From a virus (lineage: Duplodnaviria; Caudoviricetes), in the IMG/VR virus record IMGVR_UViG_3300020396_000292, positions 1 to 55,056 of that record: a stretch of 55,056 nt of DNA. One strand, 5' to 3'. Under the pieces are notes generated by a model. The model did no database searches, was not told the origin of the DNA, and saw nothing but the letters and a program-made list of their open reading frames with translations. Below are positions 7,684 through 16,860 of the stretch, piece after piece (within the stretch, counting starts at the first letter, position 1; every line of letters starts with the position of its first letter). A program made the position numbers and the translations under genes.

Positions 7684-7862
7684 TGAAATCAACAGCAGTC
7701 AAACTTAAGTCTAGAGGACTCGGAGATACAATAGAAAGAGTAACAACGGCAACAGGAATTAAAAAAGTAGTTGATACTATAAGTAAGGCAACAGGAAAAC
7801 CTTGCGGATGTAGTGAGCGAAGAGATAGCTTAAATAGAGTTTTTCCTTACGGTAATAAATAA
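7683..7862 (+). CDS. Small phage protein (59 aa, SRGLGDTIE...TGIKK...CGC..RR..LN..FPY)
   Basis: Hand-translated; motif recalled from Bacteroidota phages. Confidence 0.8.
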   Translation: MKSTAVKLKSRGLGDTIERVTTATGIKKVVDTISKATGKPCGCSERRDSLNRVFPYGNK

Positions 7863-7880
7863 TAAGATAAAATAATAATA

Positions 7881-8483
7881 ATGGCAACACCAGGAAACGA
7901 ACAATTTATAGGATTTAATCCGTCAGTAGATTTAACCGAAAGAAACTCAAAATTAATAAACAGTAAAAGACAAATATATACCTACGAAGAAATGATGAGT
8001 GGAGCCATAGGAGCTACCACGTTAGATGTAGGTTCACAAGCACAATTAGCAGGAATCTCTAAGTTAGGCGCCACATATAATCTAGGTGGGATTGAATATG
8101 ATTCTTATAATTTAAAATGTGTTACATCTTTAACGCCCGAAGCAACAGCACATGTTGTTGCTATTGGTTCTATTGAGGTGGGTGCTGGTAATATATTTTT
8201 TATAAGCAATCGCTCTAACATTGAGTCTGTAGACTTCCTAGGCTCTGGTGGGTATACGAATAACCCATTAAACTTTGGAGCAATGGTTGACGATGCGACT
8301 GAAATAGCAAGACCCCTTGCAGGAGTATTTTATATTAATCAAGAGAACATACCAACATTCCCAATAGAGTTTAATGCAATGTACATTGTTGCAGCAGATG
8401 CTGCAAATTTTGAATGCGATGTATATGTGGACATGGACTTTATTGTTGAAAAAGGAACAACTGTAGAATTTACAATAGCTTAA
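7881..8483 (+). CDS. Hypothetical protein, possibly virion-associated
   Basis: 200 aa acidic beta-rich ORF. Confidence 0.6.
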   Translation: MATPGNEQFIGFNPSVDLTERNSKLINSKRQIYTYEEMMSGAIGATTLDVGSQAQLAGISKLGATYNLGGIEYDSYNLKCVTSLTPEATAHVVAIGSIEVGAGNIFFISNRSNIESVDFLGSGGYTNNPLNFGAMVDDATEIARPLAGVFYINQENIPTFPIEFNAMYIVAADAANFECDVYVDMDFIVEKGTTVEFTIA

Positions 8484-8486
8484 AAA

Positions 8487-8900
8487 ATGGAAGAAACACT
8501 AATAAAAGTAACAGACGTTAAAGGAACAGTCCTTAAACCAATAGATGCAACCTTTAAAGTAGAATACAAATACGAAGGGGAAGCTGCACCAGAAGAAGTA
8601 TTGGTGGGAGATGTAAAAAAAGGAGAAGTAAAGGGAGATGATTTTCCTGCACCCGATGCAGCAAAAGATTTAGAATATTCAGAGATTGTAATTGATGTTA
8701 AAGAAAAGCCTGGAAAATTACCCTATGCAAGTAAATCTATTAAATTTATAGGTGAAGTTCCTCCAATAGGTTTTCCTACAGGGCTTCCGTTTATAGGAAA
8801 AAAACCTGAAACAAAAGAAGAAAAACAATTGGCAATGCAAGCAAAACGTGAAAACCTTCTTAAAAAACTTCAAGAAATATATCCACCTAAAAAATCATAA
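8487..8900 (+). CDS. Hypothetical protein
   Basis: 137 aa ORF in operon. Confidence 0.65.
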   Translation: MEETLIKVTDVKGTVLKPIDATFKVEYKYEGEAAPEEVLVGDVKKGEVKGDDFPAPDAAKDLEYSEIVIDVKEKPGKLPYASKSIKFIGEVPPIGFPTGLPFIGKKPETKEEKQLAMQAKRENLLKKLQEIYPPKKS

Positions 8901-8902
8901 TT

Positions 8903-9166
8903 ATGGCATATCAAAAGTTAAACGCAAGTAGGGCGGCAGTAGTTACTCCTAGCGACACTGATTTAATTCCTAACATATCTAATCCTGATACACCAAATAA
9001 TGGGTGTGTTTTATATATAGGACTTCCAGGAGATGTTAGAGTTCAAACCGCTGGAGGTGATGACATAGTATTTGTTGGTTGTTATGCAGGTCAATTTTTT
9101 CCTGTAAACGTAATTCAAGTTTACGATACAGGAACAACAGCTGGAGAAATACGCGCACTATGGTAG
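8903..9166 (+). CDS. Head-spike base protein (RcGTA Rcc01079-like)
   Basis: VTPSD...LYIG..GDVRV...G.FFPV.V..V..TGTTA..I.ALW pattern. Confidence 0.7.
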   Translation: MAYQKLNASRAAVVTPSDTDLIPNISNPDTPNNGCVLYIGLPGDVRVQTAGGDDIVFVGCYAGQFFPVNVIQVYDTGTTAGEIRALW

Positions 9167-9230
9167 AGAGCAATCAAACAAATAGTATGGCGCTAGACCT
9201 TAATGTAGAGTATACACTTATAAAAGAATA

Positions 9231-9392
9231 ATGACTTTGCAGGATATTAAAATATATACGCTTAATTCATTAAGCTTGGTGGTCTCTTTTTCTAAAGTTG
9301 AAATGGTTTTAAAATTAATTCTATTGGCAGGTTCTATTATATATACAGCTCAAAGAATATGGATTAATCACAATGAAAAGAAAAATAAATAA
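9231..9392 (+). CDS. Small membrane protein, putative holin or lysis accessory (53 aa)
   Basis: Hand-translated; hydrophobic core, basic C-terminus, overlaps the amidase start. Confidence 0.65.
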   Translation: MTLQDIKIYTLNSLSLVVSFSKVEMVLKLILLAGSIIYTAQRIWINHNEKKNK

Positions 9393-9783
9393 AATAATTA
9401 TTCATTGCTCAGCAACTCCTCCCAACATGGATGTAGATGCAGACAGAGTTAATGAATGGCATTTAGAAAATGGGTGGTCAGGTATTGGCTACCATTTTTT
9501 TATTAAAAGAGATGGTCGGATAGAAATAGGAAGGCCATTAGAAAAATCTGGTGCTCATACAAAAGGACACAATAAATCTTCCGTAGGGATATGTTATGCT
9601 GGAGGTGTTGACAAGGACATGTGCTCTGAAGACAACAGAACAAGCGAACAAAAATCTTCCCTCTTAGTTCTACTGCTGTTACTTAAAAATATTTTCCCCG
9701 ATTCTGTTATACATGGACATCGGGATTTCTCAGATAAAGATTGTCCGAGCTTTGATGCAACTAATGAATATAAAGAATTATGA
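9373..9783 (+). CDS. Endolysin, N-acetylmuramoyl-L-alanine amidase (T7 lysozyme / Amidase_2 type)
   Basis: IIIHCSAT, GWSGIGYHF, GAHTKGHN, GICYAGG, GHRD, KDCPSF. Confidence 0.95.
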   Translation: MKRKINKIIIHCSATPPNMDVDADRVNEWHLENGWSGIGYHFFIKRDGRIEIGRPLEKSGAHTKGHNKSSVGICYAGGVDKDMCSEDNRTSEQKSSLLVLLLLLKNIFPDSVIHGHRDFSDKDCPSFDATNEYKEL

Positions 9784-10175
9784 AAAAGATAATAGACTGG
9801 TTTGGTGGAAGTGTAGTTAAAGACTTACTAGGAGGACTAGATAAGTTGTTCACCTCTAAAGAAGAAAAAATAAAAGCAGAGAATGTAATTAAGCAAATTC
9901 TTATTCAAAAAGAATTAGAGTTACAGAAAATGCAAACTGAAATCATAGTCGCAGAAGCTAAAGGCAATTGGCTACAAAGAAGCTGGAGACCTATACTTAT
10001 GTTGTCTTTTGGTTTTATAGTAATCTATGTAAAGTTTGTGGGTCCTTTATTTAATTTAAGAATCCCTGTGTTGGAGGATGAGTTTTGGACTTTGCTTCAA
10101 ATAGGAATAGGTGGATACGTAGTAGGAAGGACAGGAGAGAAGATGATGAAGAGTTATTCAGAGACAAAAAAATAA
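9780..10175 (+). CDS. Holin (GTA 3TM-holin type)
   Basis: WLQRSWRP motif, hydrophobic segments, GGYVVGRTGEK; follows the endolysin. Confidence 0.85.
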   Translation: MKKIIDWFGGSVVKDLLGGLDKLFTSKEEKIKAENVIKQILIQKELELQKMQTEIIVAEAKGNWLQRSWRPILMLSFGFIVIYVKFVGPLFNLRIPVLEDEFWTLLQIGIGGYVVGRTGEKMMKSYSETKK

Positions 10176-10179
10176 ATAG

Positions 10180-10187
10180 TATCTTTG
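10180..10187 (+). promoter_or_regulatory. -7 promoter element TATCTTTG
   Basis: Intergenic, before 10216. Confidence 0.65.
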
Positions 10188-10215
10188 TATAAATATTAAA
10201 ATTAAATTCAATAAA

Positions 10216-10452
10216 ATGGAAAGTAAAAAATTATCACAAGAAGAGTTAAGCAGTTTACAAGAATTAAATAAATCTTTTACGCAATCTAAAATCTCTATTG
10301 GAGATTTAGAGATTCAAAAAGAAGGTCTTATTTCAAAGGTAAAATTAATCAAGGCTCAGTTTGTAAAGCTTGAACAGGAACTAATAAAAAAATACGGAGA
10401 CCAGTCTGTGATTAATTTACAGACAGGAGAGGTCACCGAAAAAAAAGAATAA
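10216..10452 (+). CDS. Coiled-coil protein, possible fibre assembly chaperone
   Basis: Heptad pattern ending KYG...INLQTGE; adjacent to the fibre gene. Confidence 0.6.
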   Translation: MESKKLSQEELSSLQELNKSFTQSKISIGDLEIQKEGLISKVKLIKAQFVKLEQELIKKYGDQSVINLQTGEVTEKKE

Positions 10453-10455
10453 ACA

Positions 10456-13400
10456 ATGGCTAAAATTAGTAACACCTTATCGTACCCTAATCAATCTCCA
10501 ATAGAAAGTGGAGACTATTTAATTGGAACCTCTTCAAGTTCTAGTCCTGTTCCAAAGCAGACAAAAACTTTTACGCTAGGTGACATTGCTAATTTTACTG
10601 CAGAAACAATTTTAGATGGAGACCCATTTAGAATTGCAATGTTTAGTAGCTCAAACACATTAGTTAATTCACTGCTGTTTCAAGATTTTTCAGGTAATGT
10701 GTTAACACTTGACAACGGGACTGGTTCGGGAACATTGATTGTTTCTGAAGATGTTAAAGTAGGAGATGAATTACAGGTTACGGGAGAGTCTCTGTTTTTA
10801 GACGGGGTCGTGATGGAAGCATCCTTAACTGTACAAGGAAAATTTACCAGCTCAGGAGAAGCGGTATTGCTTGGTCAGGTTGCTGATGCGGCAGGTAACG
10901 TAGGTACAGGTGAACAGGTGTTAGTTTCACAAACTAATGGAACTGTAAGATGGGAGAACTATCAAGGGTCAGGATTAGAATTCCAAGGAGGCTGGAATGC
11001 TAGTACAAACTTCCCTATTTTAAGTAGCTCGTTATTAATACCTGCAAACACTGGATACTACTGGATAGTTTCTACAGCTGGTACTACTCCGCTTGACACT
11101 CAAGGAGGAGGAACAATAACAGACTGGGAAATTGGTGACTGGGCAATTATATCTGAAGACTTATTAGGTAATGTATTCTGGGATAAGATTGACAACTCAT
11201 CTGTTCTTACAGGTAGTGGAACAGCTGGTACTGTTGCAATATGGACGAGCTCAAATGAACTAGGAGATTCAAAAATAAAAAATGGAGTAGGAACAAACTC
11301 TTTAATATTCAATGACACCACTGGAAGTGGAGAGGCAGATGGAGAAGCAGCTAATTCTTTTGGACAAGACAGTAAAGCTGATGGAGACTTTTCTTTTGCA
11401 GTTGGAAGAGGGGCAGAGGCCAAGGCAGATTATTCATTTGCATTAGGCTCAGGAGCTATTGCTTCAGACGAGTCATCTATTGCTTTGATGGAGAACGCTA
11501 AAGCGCAAGGAACCGCTGCTTTCGCAGTAGGTTTCGGAGCAGAGACTGATGCGCAGTTTGCAATAGCTATAGGTAAAGCCGCTTTGTCTTCAGGCGATGG
11601 CTCTGTAGCTATAGGCTCAGGCACGATTTCTTCGGGGATTGGTTCTGTTGCTATAGGAGCAAGCACAGAGGCTTCAGCAGATGCTGCTGTAGCCCTTGGT
11701 GGTGGTAGTGTTGCATCGGGAGCCTGGTCATTTGCGGTAGGAAAAAGCTCTATAGCTTCAGGCGATTCGTCTATGGCGATGGGAAACAGCTCTGATGCTT
11801 ATGGAGGTAGTTCTGTTGCAGCAGGTTCTGATAGTAAATCAGAAGGAGCAAAATCTATAGCGATGGGAGAAGACGCTTATTCTTATGGAGAAGACAGTTT
11901 ATCTTTAGGACTCATGACTCTTTCTTATGGTAAGGCTTCGTTAGCTGCCAATGAAGAATCTTTCTCAGCTAACAATGCTGATGTTGCTCTTGGTAAATCA
12001 GTTTCAGGTGCGGTGCTTGCGACAGTTATAAGTCAACCAACCACAAGCTCAGTTGAAGCAACCATACTTAGCGGAACAATAACTGCAGGTGATGAAATTT
12101 TTATACCTTCTCAATCAGAGTATCCATTAACTCCAATTGTAGTTCTTTCAGCTATAGAAACTTCTACTAATGTTTGGGAGATAGTAGGTGATAGTGTTTT
12201 TACAGTTGCTGCTGGAACTATGTTAGCAATAAATGAAACATCTGTATTTGCAAAAGGATACGGGATTTCAGCAGGATATTTATCTAACGCAAGAGGTAAG
12301 TACTCTGTTGCCTTGGGAAATATAAGTGTTGCAGAAGGAGAAAACTCAACAGCATTGTCATCAGGTATATCAATAGGTAAAGCGTCATTTGCTGCTACTC
12401 CTTTATCAAGAGCAGAAGGTCAAGAGTCAGTAGCGATGGCAGGTGGATTGACCACAGGAAAACGCTCATTAGCAATTGGAGAAGGAAACAGTGCATTAGC
12501 TGTAGGTTCTGTTGCTTTGGGTATAAACTCAACAGCATCAGGTGAGGAGTCAGTAGCTATTGGTGGCTCCAATGTTTCATCAGGAACTTCCTCGTTTGCA
12601 CTTGGAACTGACAATGAAGCCTCTGGAAACTTTTCAATAGCTCTTGGAGCAGAAGACAATACAGCATCAGGTTCTTATTCAATATCTTTAGGAACTGGAA
12701 ATGAAACTACAGCAACTAAATCAAACGCATGGGGAGACGAGAATCAAGTTAATGCTCCACAAGGTTTTGGTATTGGTTCTGAAAACACAGTGGTTTTGAC
12801 AGCGTCAAAAGGTATGGCAATAGGAAGCGGTAGTAAAGTTTCTGGTGAACAAGGCCTTGCAATAGGTACAAACCTAGAGTCTACATCTTATCGTGAAACT
12901 GTTTTAGGTTCATTCAACCTAGTAGGAACTCCTGGAAGTGTAGACGCATGGGTTGCAACAGATAAGCTCTATGTTATAGGTAATGGAGAAACAGCAGGAA
13001 ATGAGTCTAACGCATTAGAGATAACTAAAGCAGGAATTGTTTCTTTACCTTCTTACGGAAGTGGAACTATTACAGGAACGGTAGCTAAAACATTAGGAGT
13101 TACTGCACAGGGTCAGGTTATAGAAACTGATGCAAGTCAGCCTTTATCATGGGTAGGTCAGATAGGTGTAGATTTTTTGGGTGTTCCAGAAATACAAAAA
13201 ACACAAACATCTACATTATTTGTAGGAGACCCAACAACTACTCCGACTACATTTAGAGGTATAACATTCACAAAGGATGCAGATGGAGAATATAGGCTTC
13301 GAGTAACTTACACCCCTTCAACCGTACCTACAGATAGAGACAAACTAGCGTTGCAGTTTGGGGACAATGTAGCTAGGGTTTACAGTTTCACGCTAGGAAG

Positions 13401-13533
13401 TCAAACTTCAGGAGGTATAACAACAGAGTTTAAAGAGTTTTTGTTTAGAACATATACTCCAGCAGGAGTAGTGGCAGCAGGACAGTTGCTTGGAAGTCAA
13501 GCGGCCAGCACAAGCGTTACGCTTTATGCTTAA
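10456..13533 (+). CDS. Tail fibre / receptor-binding protein with YadA-head (Hep_Hag)-like repeats
   Basis: Many 14-aa A-x-G-x-x-S-x-A-I-G repeats; FQGGWNAS...GYYWIVS...GDW module; LYVIGNG...SNALEI neck. Confidence 0.85.
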   Translation: MAKISNTLSYPNQSPIESGDYLIGTSSSSSPVPKQTKTFTLGDIANFTAETILDGDPFRIAMFSSSNTLVNSLLFQDFSGNVLTLDNGTGSGTLIVSEDVKVGDELQVTGESLFLDGVVMEASLTVQGKFTSSGEAVLLGQVADAAGNVGTGEQVLVSQTNGTVRWENYQGSGLEFQGGWNASTNFPILSSSLLIPANTGYYWIVSTAGTTPLDTQGGGTITDWEIGDWAIISEDLLGNVFWDKIDNSSVLTGSGTAGTVAIWTSSNELGDSKIKNGVGTNSLIFNDTTGSGEADGEAANSFGQDSKADGDFSFAVGRGAEAKADYSFALGSGAIASDESSIALMENAKAQGTAAFAVGFGAETDAQFAIAIGKAALSSGDGSVAIGSGTISSGIGSVAIGASTEASADAAVALGGGSVASGAWSFAVGKSSIASGDSSMAMGNSSDAYGGSSVAAGSDSKSEGAKSIAMGEDAYSYGEDSLSLGLMTLSYGKASLAANEESFSANNADVALGKSVSGAVLATVISQPTTSSVEATILSGTITAGDEIFIPSQSEYPLTPIVVLSAIETSTNVWEIVGDSVFTVAAGTMLAINETSVFAKGYGISAGYLSNARGKYSVALGNISVAEGENSTALSSGISIGKASFAATPLSRAEGQESVAMAGGLTTGKRSLAIGEGNSALAVGSVALGINSTASGEESVAIGGSNVSSGTSSFALGTDNEASGNFSIALGAEDNTASGSYSISLGTGNETTATKSNAWGDENQVNAPQGFGIGSENTVVLTASKGMAIGSGSKVSGEQGLAIGTNLESTSYRETVLGSFNLVGTPGSVDAWVATDKLYVIGNGETAGNESNALEITKAGIVSLPSYGSGTITGTVAKTLGVTAQGQVIETDASQPLSWVGQIGVDFLGVPEIQKTQTSTLFVGDPTTTPTTFRGITFTKDADGEYRLRVTYTPSTVPTDRDKLALQFGDNVARVYSFTLGSQTSGGITTEFKEFLFRTYTPAGVVAAGQLLGSQAASTSVTLYA

Positions 13534-13570
13534 CTGAATTTTATTTAATATAAATTTTTAATTTAATATA

Positions 13571-13795
13571 ATGGATATAAGAAAAATATCTGTCGGTCCA
13601 GATTATAAGTCTGGGGCTATGCATTACTTAGTAGGTCAGAACGTGTTGAATGGAGCATACAAGATTCATTTAATAAAGTACGACTCTTTATTACACTCCT
13701 ACAAGATTTACATAGAAGAAGACGATGTTGTTGTTCTTTGGAAAGAGTTTAGCTCTGCTATGCCTGTGTCCATTGAATACAACATAAACTTTTGA
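13571..13795 (+). CDS. Conserved hypothetical phage protein
   Basis: IRKISVGPDYK..AMHY.VGQ...LWKEF...MPVSIEYN. Confidence 0.75.
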   Translation: MDIRKISVGPDYKSGAMHYLVGQNVLNGAYKIHLIKYDSLLHSYKIYIEEDDVVVLWKEFSSAMPVSIEYNINF

Positions 13796-14355
13796 AATCA
13801 CCAACAGACTTTATAGTAACCCCCAGAGAAAATAAAAGATACTCCAATACTAAAAACATTGGAGGTATAGACTTTTTAGTTAGCTCTTCAGAGGAGGACG
13901 TAAGATATTCAAATAGGTATGCTGAAGTAAAGGCGTTACCTATAGATTATTCTGGTCCCATAAAAGAAGGAGACACCCTCCTTGTTCATCACAATGTTTT
14001 TAAATTCTACAATGACATCAGGGGTCAAAGGAGAAGTGGTAAAAGTTTTTTAAAAGACAACCTATTCTTAGTAGACCATGACCAGTACTTTGCTTACAAG
14101 CAAGATGATGTATGGTATGCTCATGACAGGTACTGCTATATTAAGCCAGTGAAAACAAAGGAGTCTGTTATATTTAAGAATACAAAAGAAGAACCCTTAG
14201 TTGGATTAGTTGAGATTCCAAATGAAAAATTAAGTAGTCAAGGAATTAAGAAAGGAGATTTAATTTCTTTTAAGCCTGATAGTGAGTATGAGTTTGAGGT
14301 TGATGGAGAAAAACTTTATCGTATGTTCGACCATCAAATAATAATGATACTATGA
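13792..14355 (+). CDS. Tandem GroES-like domain protein
   Basis: Two halves with GroES-like strands (IKEGDTLLVHH; IKKGDLISF...YEFEVDGEKLYRM); TTG start. Confidence 0.65.
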   Translation: MKSPTDFIVTPRENKRYSNTKNIGGIDFLVSSSEEDVRYSNRYAEVKALPIDYSGPIKEGDTLLVHHNVFKFYNDIRGQRRSGKSFLKDNLFLVDHDQYFAYKQDDVWYAHDRYCYIKPVKTKESVIFKNTKEEPLVGLVEIPNEKLSSQGIKKGDLISFKPDSEYEFEVDGEKLYRMFDHQIIMIL

Positions 14356-14633
14356 AATCAAACACAGAAATAAAACTAGATATTATATCCGCTGCCAGAA
14401 GCGCAGTAGAGCAGTTGATAAAAGTTGCTAGGGAGGATATAATAAAGCACGACCCCGAAGATGACCTGGCGGCAGACAGATTAAAGAACGCAGCGGCAAC
14501 TAAAAAGCTAGCAATCTTTGATGCATTTGAAATACTAAACAGAATAGACGCAGAGAAGGCAGCTTTAGATTTAGCTGAAGGAGATAATAAAGTAAATACA
14601 AAACAAGGATTTGCAGAAAGAAGGTCTAAATAA
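14352..14633 (+). CDS. Hypothetical protein, candidate terminase small subunit
   Basis: Helical 93 aa ORF immediately upstream of and overlapping terL. Confidence 0.5.
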   Translation: MKSNTEIKLDIISAARSAVEQLIKVAREDIIKHDPEDDLAADRLKNAAATKKLAIFDAFEILNRIDAEKAALDLAEGDNKVNTKQGFAERRSK

Positions 14634-16860
14634 TATACTGTATAAGTCTTTAGAGGACTACATACCTAAAGCGGTACTCACCAACAAGAACAGAAAAAAA
14701 AGTTGGGAGTATGGATACAATGAGAAGTATGATTTTATCTGCATATCTAAAAGCGGTGAGGTAGGAGATATATTAAATATTCAAGGGTTGATAATTGGTT
14801 TACCTAAGAGACCTAAGAAAATAAATTCTCGCTCTAAATCTAATCCCATGCAATACTGGGAACGAATTGATATACCTAAGCAGCTTAGTAGAATTCAATC
14901 TATATTCCAATGGAATGAAATGCCTAACGAGTTTAAAAATAATTGGGTAGATTATATAGAGAATGAATTTGACTGCAGAGAACTTGGCTATTGGTTCTAT
15001 AACAACGGAATACCTACGTACATAACTGGAGCTCATTACATGTACCTTCAATGGACTTCGATTGATGTTGGTTATCCAGATTACAGAGAGGCGAACAGGA
15101 TATTTTATATTTTTTGGGAAGCATGTAAAGCAGACAATAGGTCTTTTGGAATGACGTACCTTAAGATAAGGCGCTCTGGGTTTTCTTATATGGGCTCTTC
15201 AGAATGTGTAAACACAGGTACCTTAGCAAAAGATTCAAGGGTTGGCATATTGTCAAAGACAGGTTCTGATTCAAAGAAAATGTTTACAGATAAGGTTGTT
15301 CCTATAGCAAATAGATTACCTTTCTTTTTTAAACCTATCCAGGATGGTATGGACAAACCTAAAACTGAGTTAGCGTTTAGGATACCTGCATCTAAGATTA
15401 CAAAGAAGAATATGTATAATTCAGATGCAGAAGAGCTTTTAGGATTAGACACAACAATTGATTGGAAAAATACTGACGACAACTCTTATGATGGGGAGAA
15501 GCTATTGCTACTGGTGCATGATGAAAGTGGTAAGTGGATAAAACCTAACAATATACTTAATAACTGGAGAGTTACAAAAACTTGTTTGCGCTTAGGTAGT
15601 AAGGTTATTGGAAAATGTATGATGGGCTCTACGTCAAATGCCTTAAGTAAAGGAGGGGCTAACTTTAAAAAGTTATTTGAAGATTCTTCATTAAGTAAGC
15701 GTAATTCAAATGGTCAAACTAAAAGCGGACTATATTCACTTTTCATCCCTATGGAATGGAATATGGAAGGATTTATAGATAGGTATGGCATGCCTGTATT
15801 TAGAACACCTATAAAATCTATTGTAGGAGTAGACGGTGAAAGTATAAATCAGGGAGCAATTGATTATTGGGAGAATGAGGTAGACTCTTTAAAGAGTGAC
15901 CCTGATGCATTGAATGAATTTTACAGGCAATTTCCGAGAACTGAATCACATGCGTTTAGAGACGAGAGTAAGCAATCTTTATTTAACCTAACAAGAATAT
16001 ATCAACAGATAGACTATAACGATTCTGTTATTAGGGAGCACCATCTTACAAGGGGCTCGTTCTCGTGGAAGGATGGAATTAAAGATACAAAAGTAATATG
16101 GACTCCAAATAATAGAGGGAGGTTTCTAGTATCCTGGACTCCAAACAAAAATTTACAGAACCGAGTTATAAACAGAAATGGAAAAAAATTACCTGCTAAT
16201 GAACACCTTGGTGCGTTTGGATGTGACAGTTATGATATCTCTGGAACAGTAGGTGGCAGAGGTTCTAATGGAGCACTTCATGGGTTAACTAAATTTAATA
16301 TGGACGAAGCCCCTAGCAATGAGTTTTTTCTTGAGTATGTAGCACGACCTCAAACGGCAGAGATATTCTTTGAAGAAGTTTTAATGGCCTGTGTATTTTA
16401 CGGTATGCCTATACTGGTTGAGAACAATAAGCCACGTTTACTATATCACTTTAAGAATAGAGGTTATAGAGGGTTCTCTTTAAACAGGCCTGATAAATCA
16501 TATAATAAATTATCACGAACAGAAAAAGAGTTAGGTGGTATACCAAACTCAAGTGAAGATATAAAGCAAGCTCACGCTGCAGCAATAGAGTCATATATAG
16601 AAAAATATGTAGGCTTGGATATAGAAGAAACATTTAGAGATTCAGACCTAATGGGTACAATGGTTTTTACAAGGACTCTAGAGGACTGGGCAAGGTTTGA
16701 TATTAATAACAGAACTAATTTTGATGCGTCAATCAGTAGTGGTTTGTCTATAATGGCATGTCAAAAACATCTTTATATACCTGAAAAGAAAAGCTCGAAA
16801 ATTTCCATTAACTTTGCAAGGTATACTAATAAGGGATTAACAAGCGATTTAATAAGATAG
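14611..16860 (+). CDS. terL: Terminase large subunit
   Basis: Walker A-like LKIRRSGFS, Walker B LLVHDESGKW, MMGST coupling motif, nuclease FGCDSYD, ILVENNK, FDASISSG. Confidence 0.9.
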   Translation: MQKEGLNNILYKSLEDYIPKAVLTNKNRKKSWEYGYNEKYDFICISKSGEVGDILNIQGLIIGLPKRPKKINSRSKSNPMQYWERIDIPKQLSRIQSIFQWNEMPNEFKNNWVDYIENEFDCRELGYWFYNNGIPTYITGAHYMYLQWTSIDVGYPDYREANRIFYIFWEACKADNRSFGMTYLKIRRSGFSYMGSSECVNTGTLAKDSRVGILSKTGSDSKKMFTDKVVPIANRLPFFFKPIQDGMDKPKTELAFRIPASKITKKNMYNSDAEELLGLDTTIDWKNTDDNSYDGEKLLLLVHDESGKWIKPNNILNNWRVTKTCLRLGSKVIGKCMMGSTSNALSKGGANFKKLFEDSSLSKRNSNGQTKSGLYSLFIPMEWNMEGFIDRYGMPVFRTPIKSIVGVDGESINQGAIDYWENEVDSLKSDPDALNEFYRQFPRTESHAFRDESKQSLFNLTRIYQQIDYNDSVIREHHLTRGSFSWKDGIKDTKVIWTPNNRGRFLVSWTPNKNLQNRVINRNGKKLPANEHLGAFGCDSYDISGTVGGRGSNGALHGLTKFNMDEAPSNEFFLEYVARPQTAEIFFEEVLMACVFYGMPILVENNKPRLLYHFKNRGYRGFSLNRPDKSYNKLSRTEKELGGIPNSSEDIKQAHAAAIESYIEKYVGLDIEETFRDSDLMGTMVFTRTLEDWARFDINNRTNFDASISSGLSIMACQKHLYIPEKKSSKISINFARYTNKGLTSDLIR

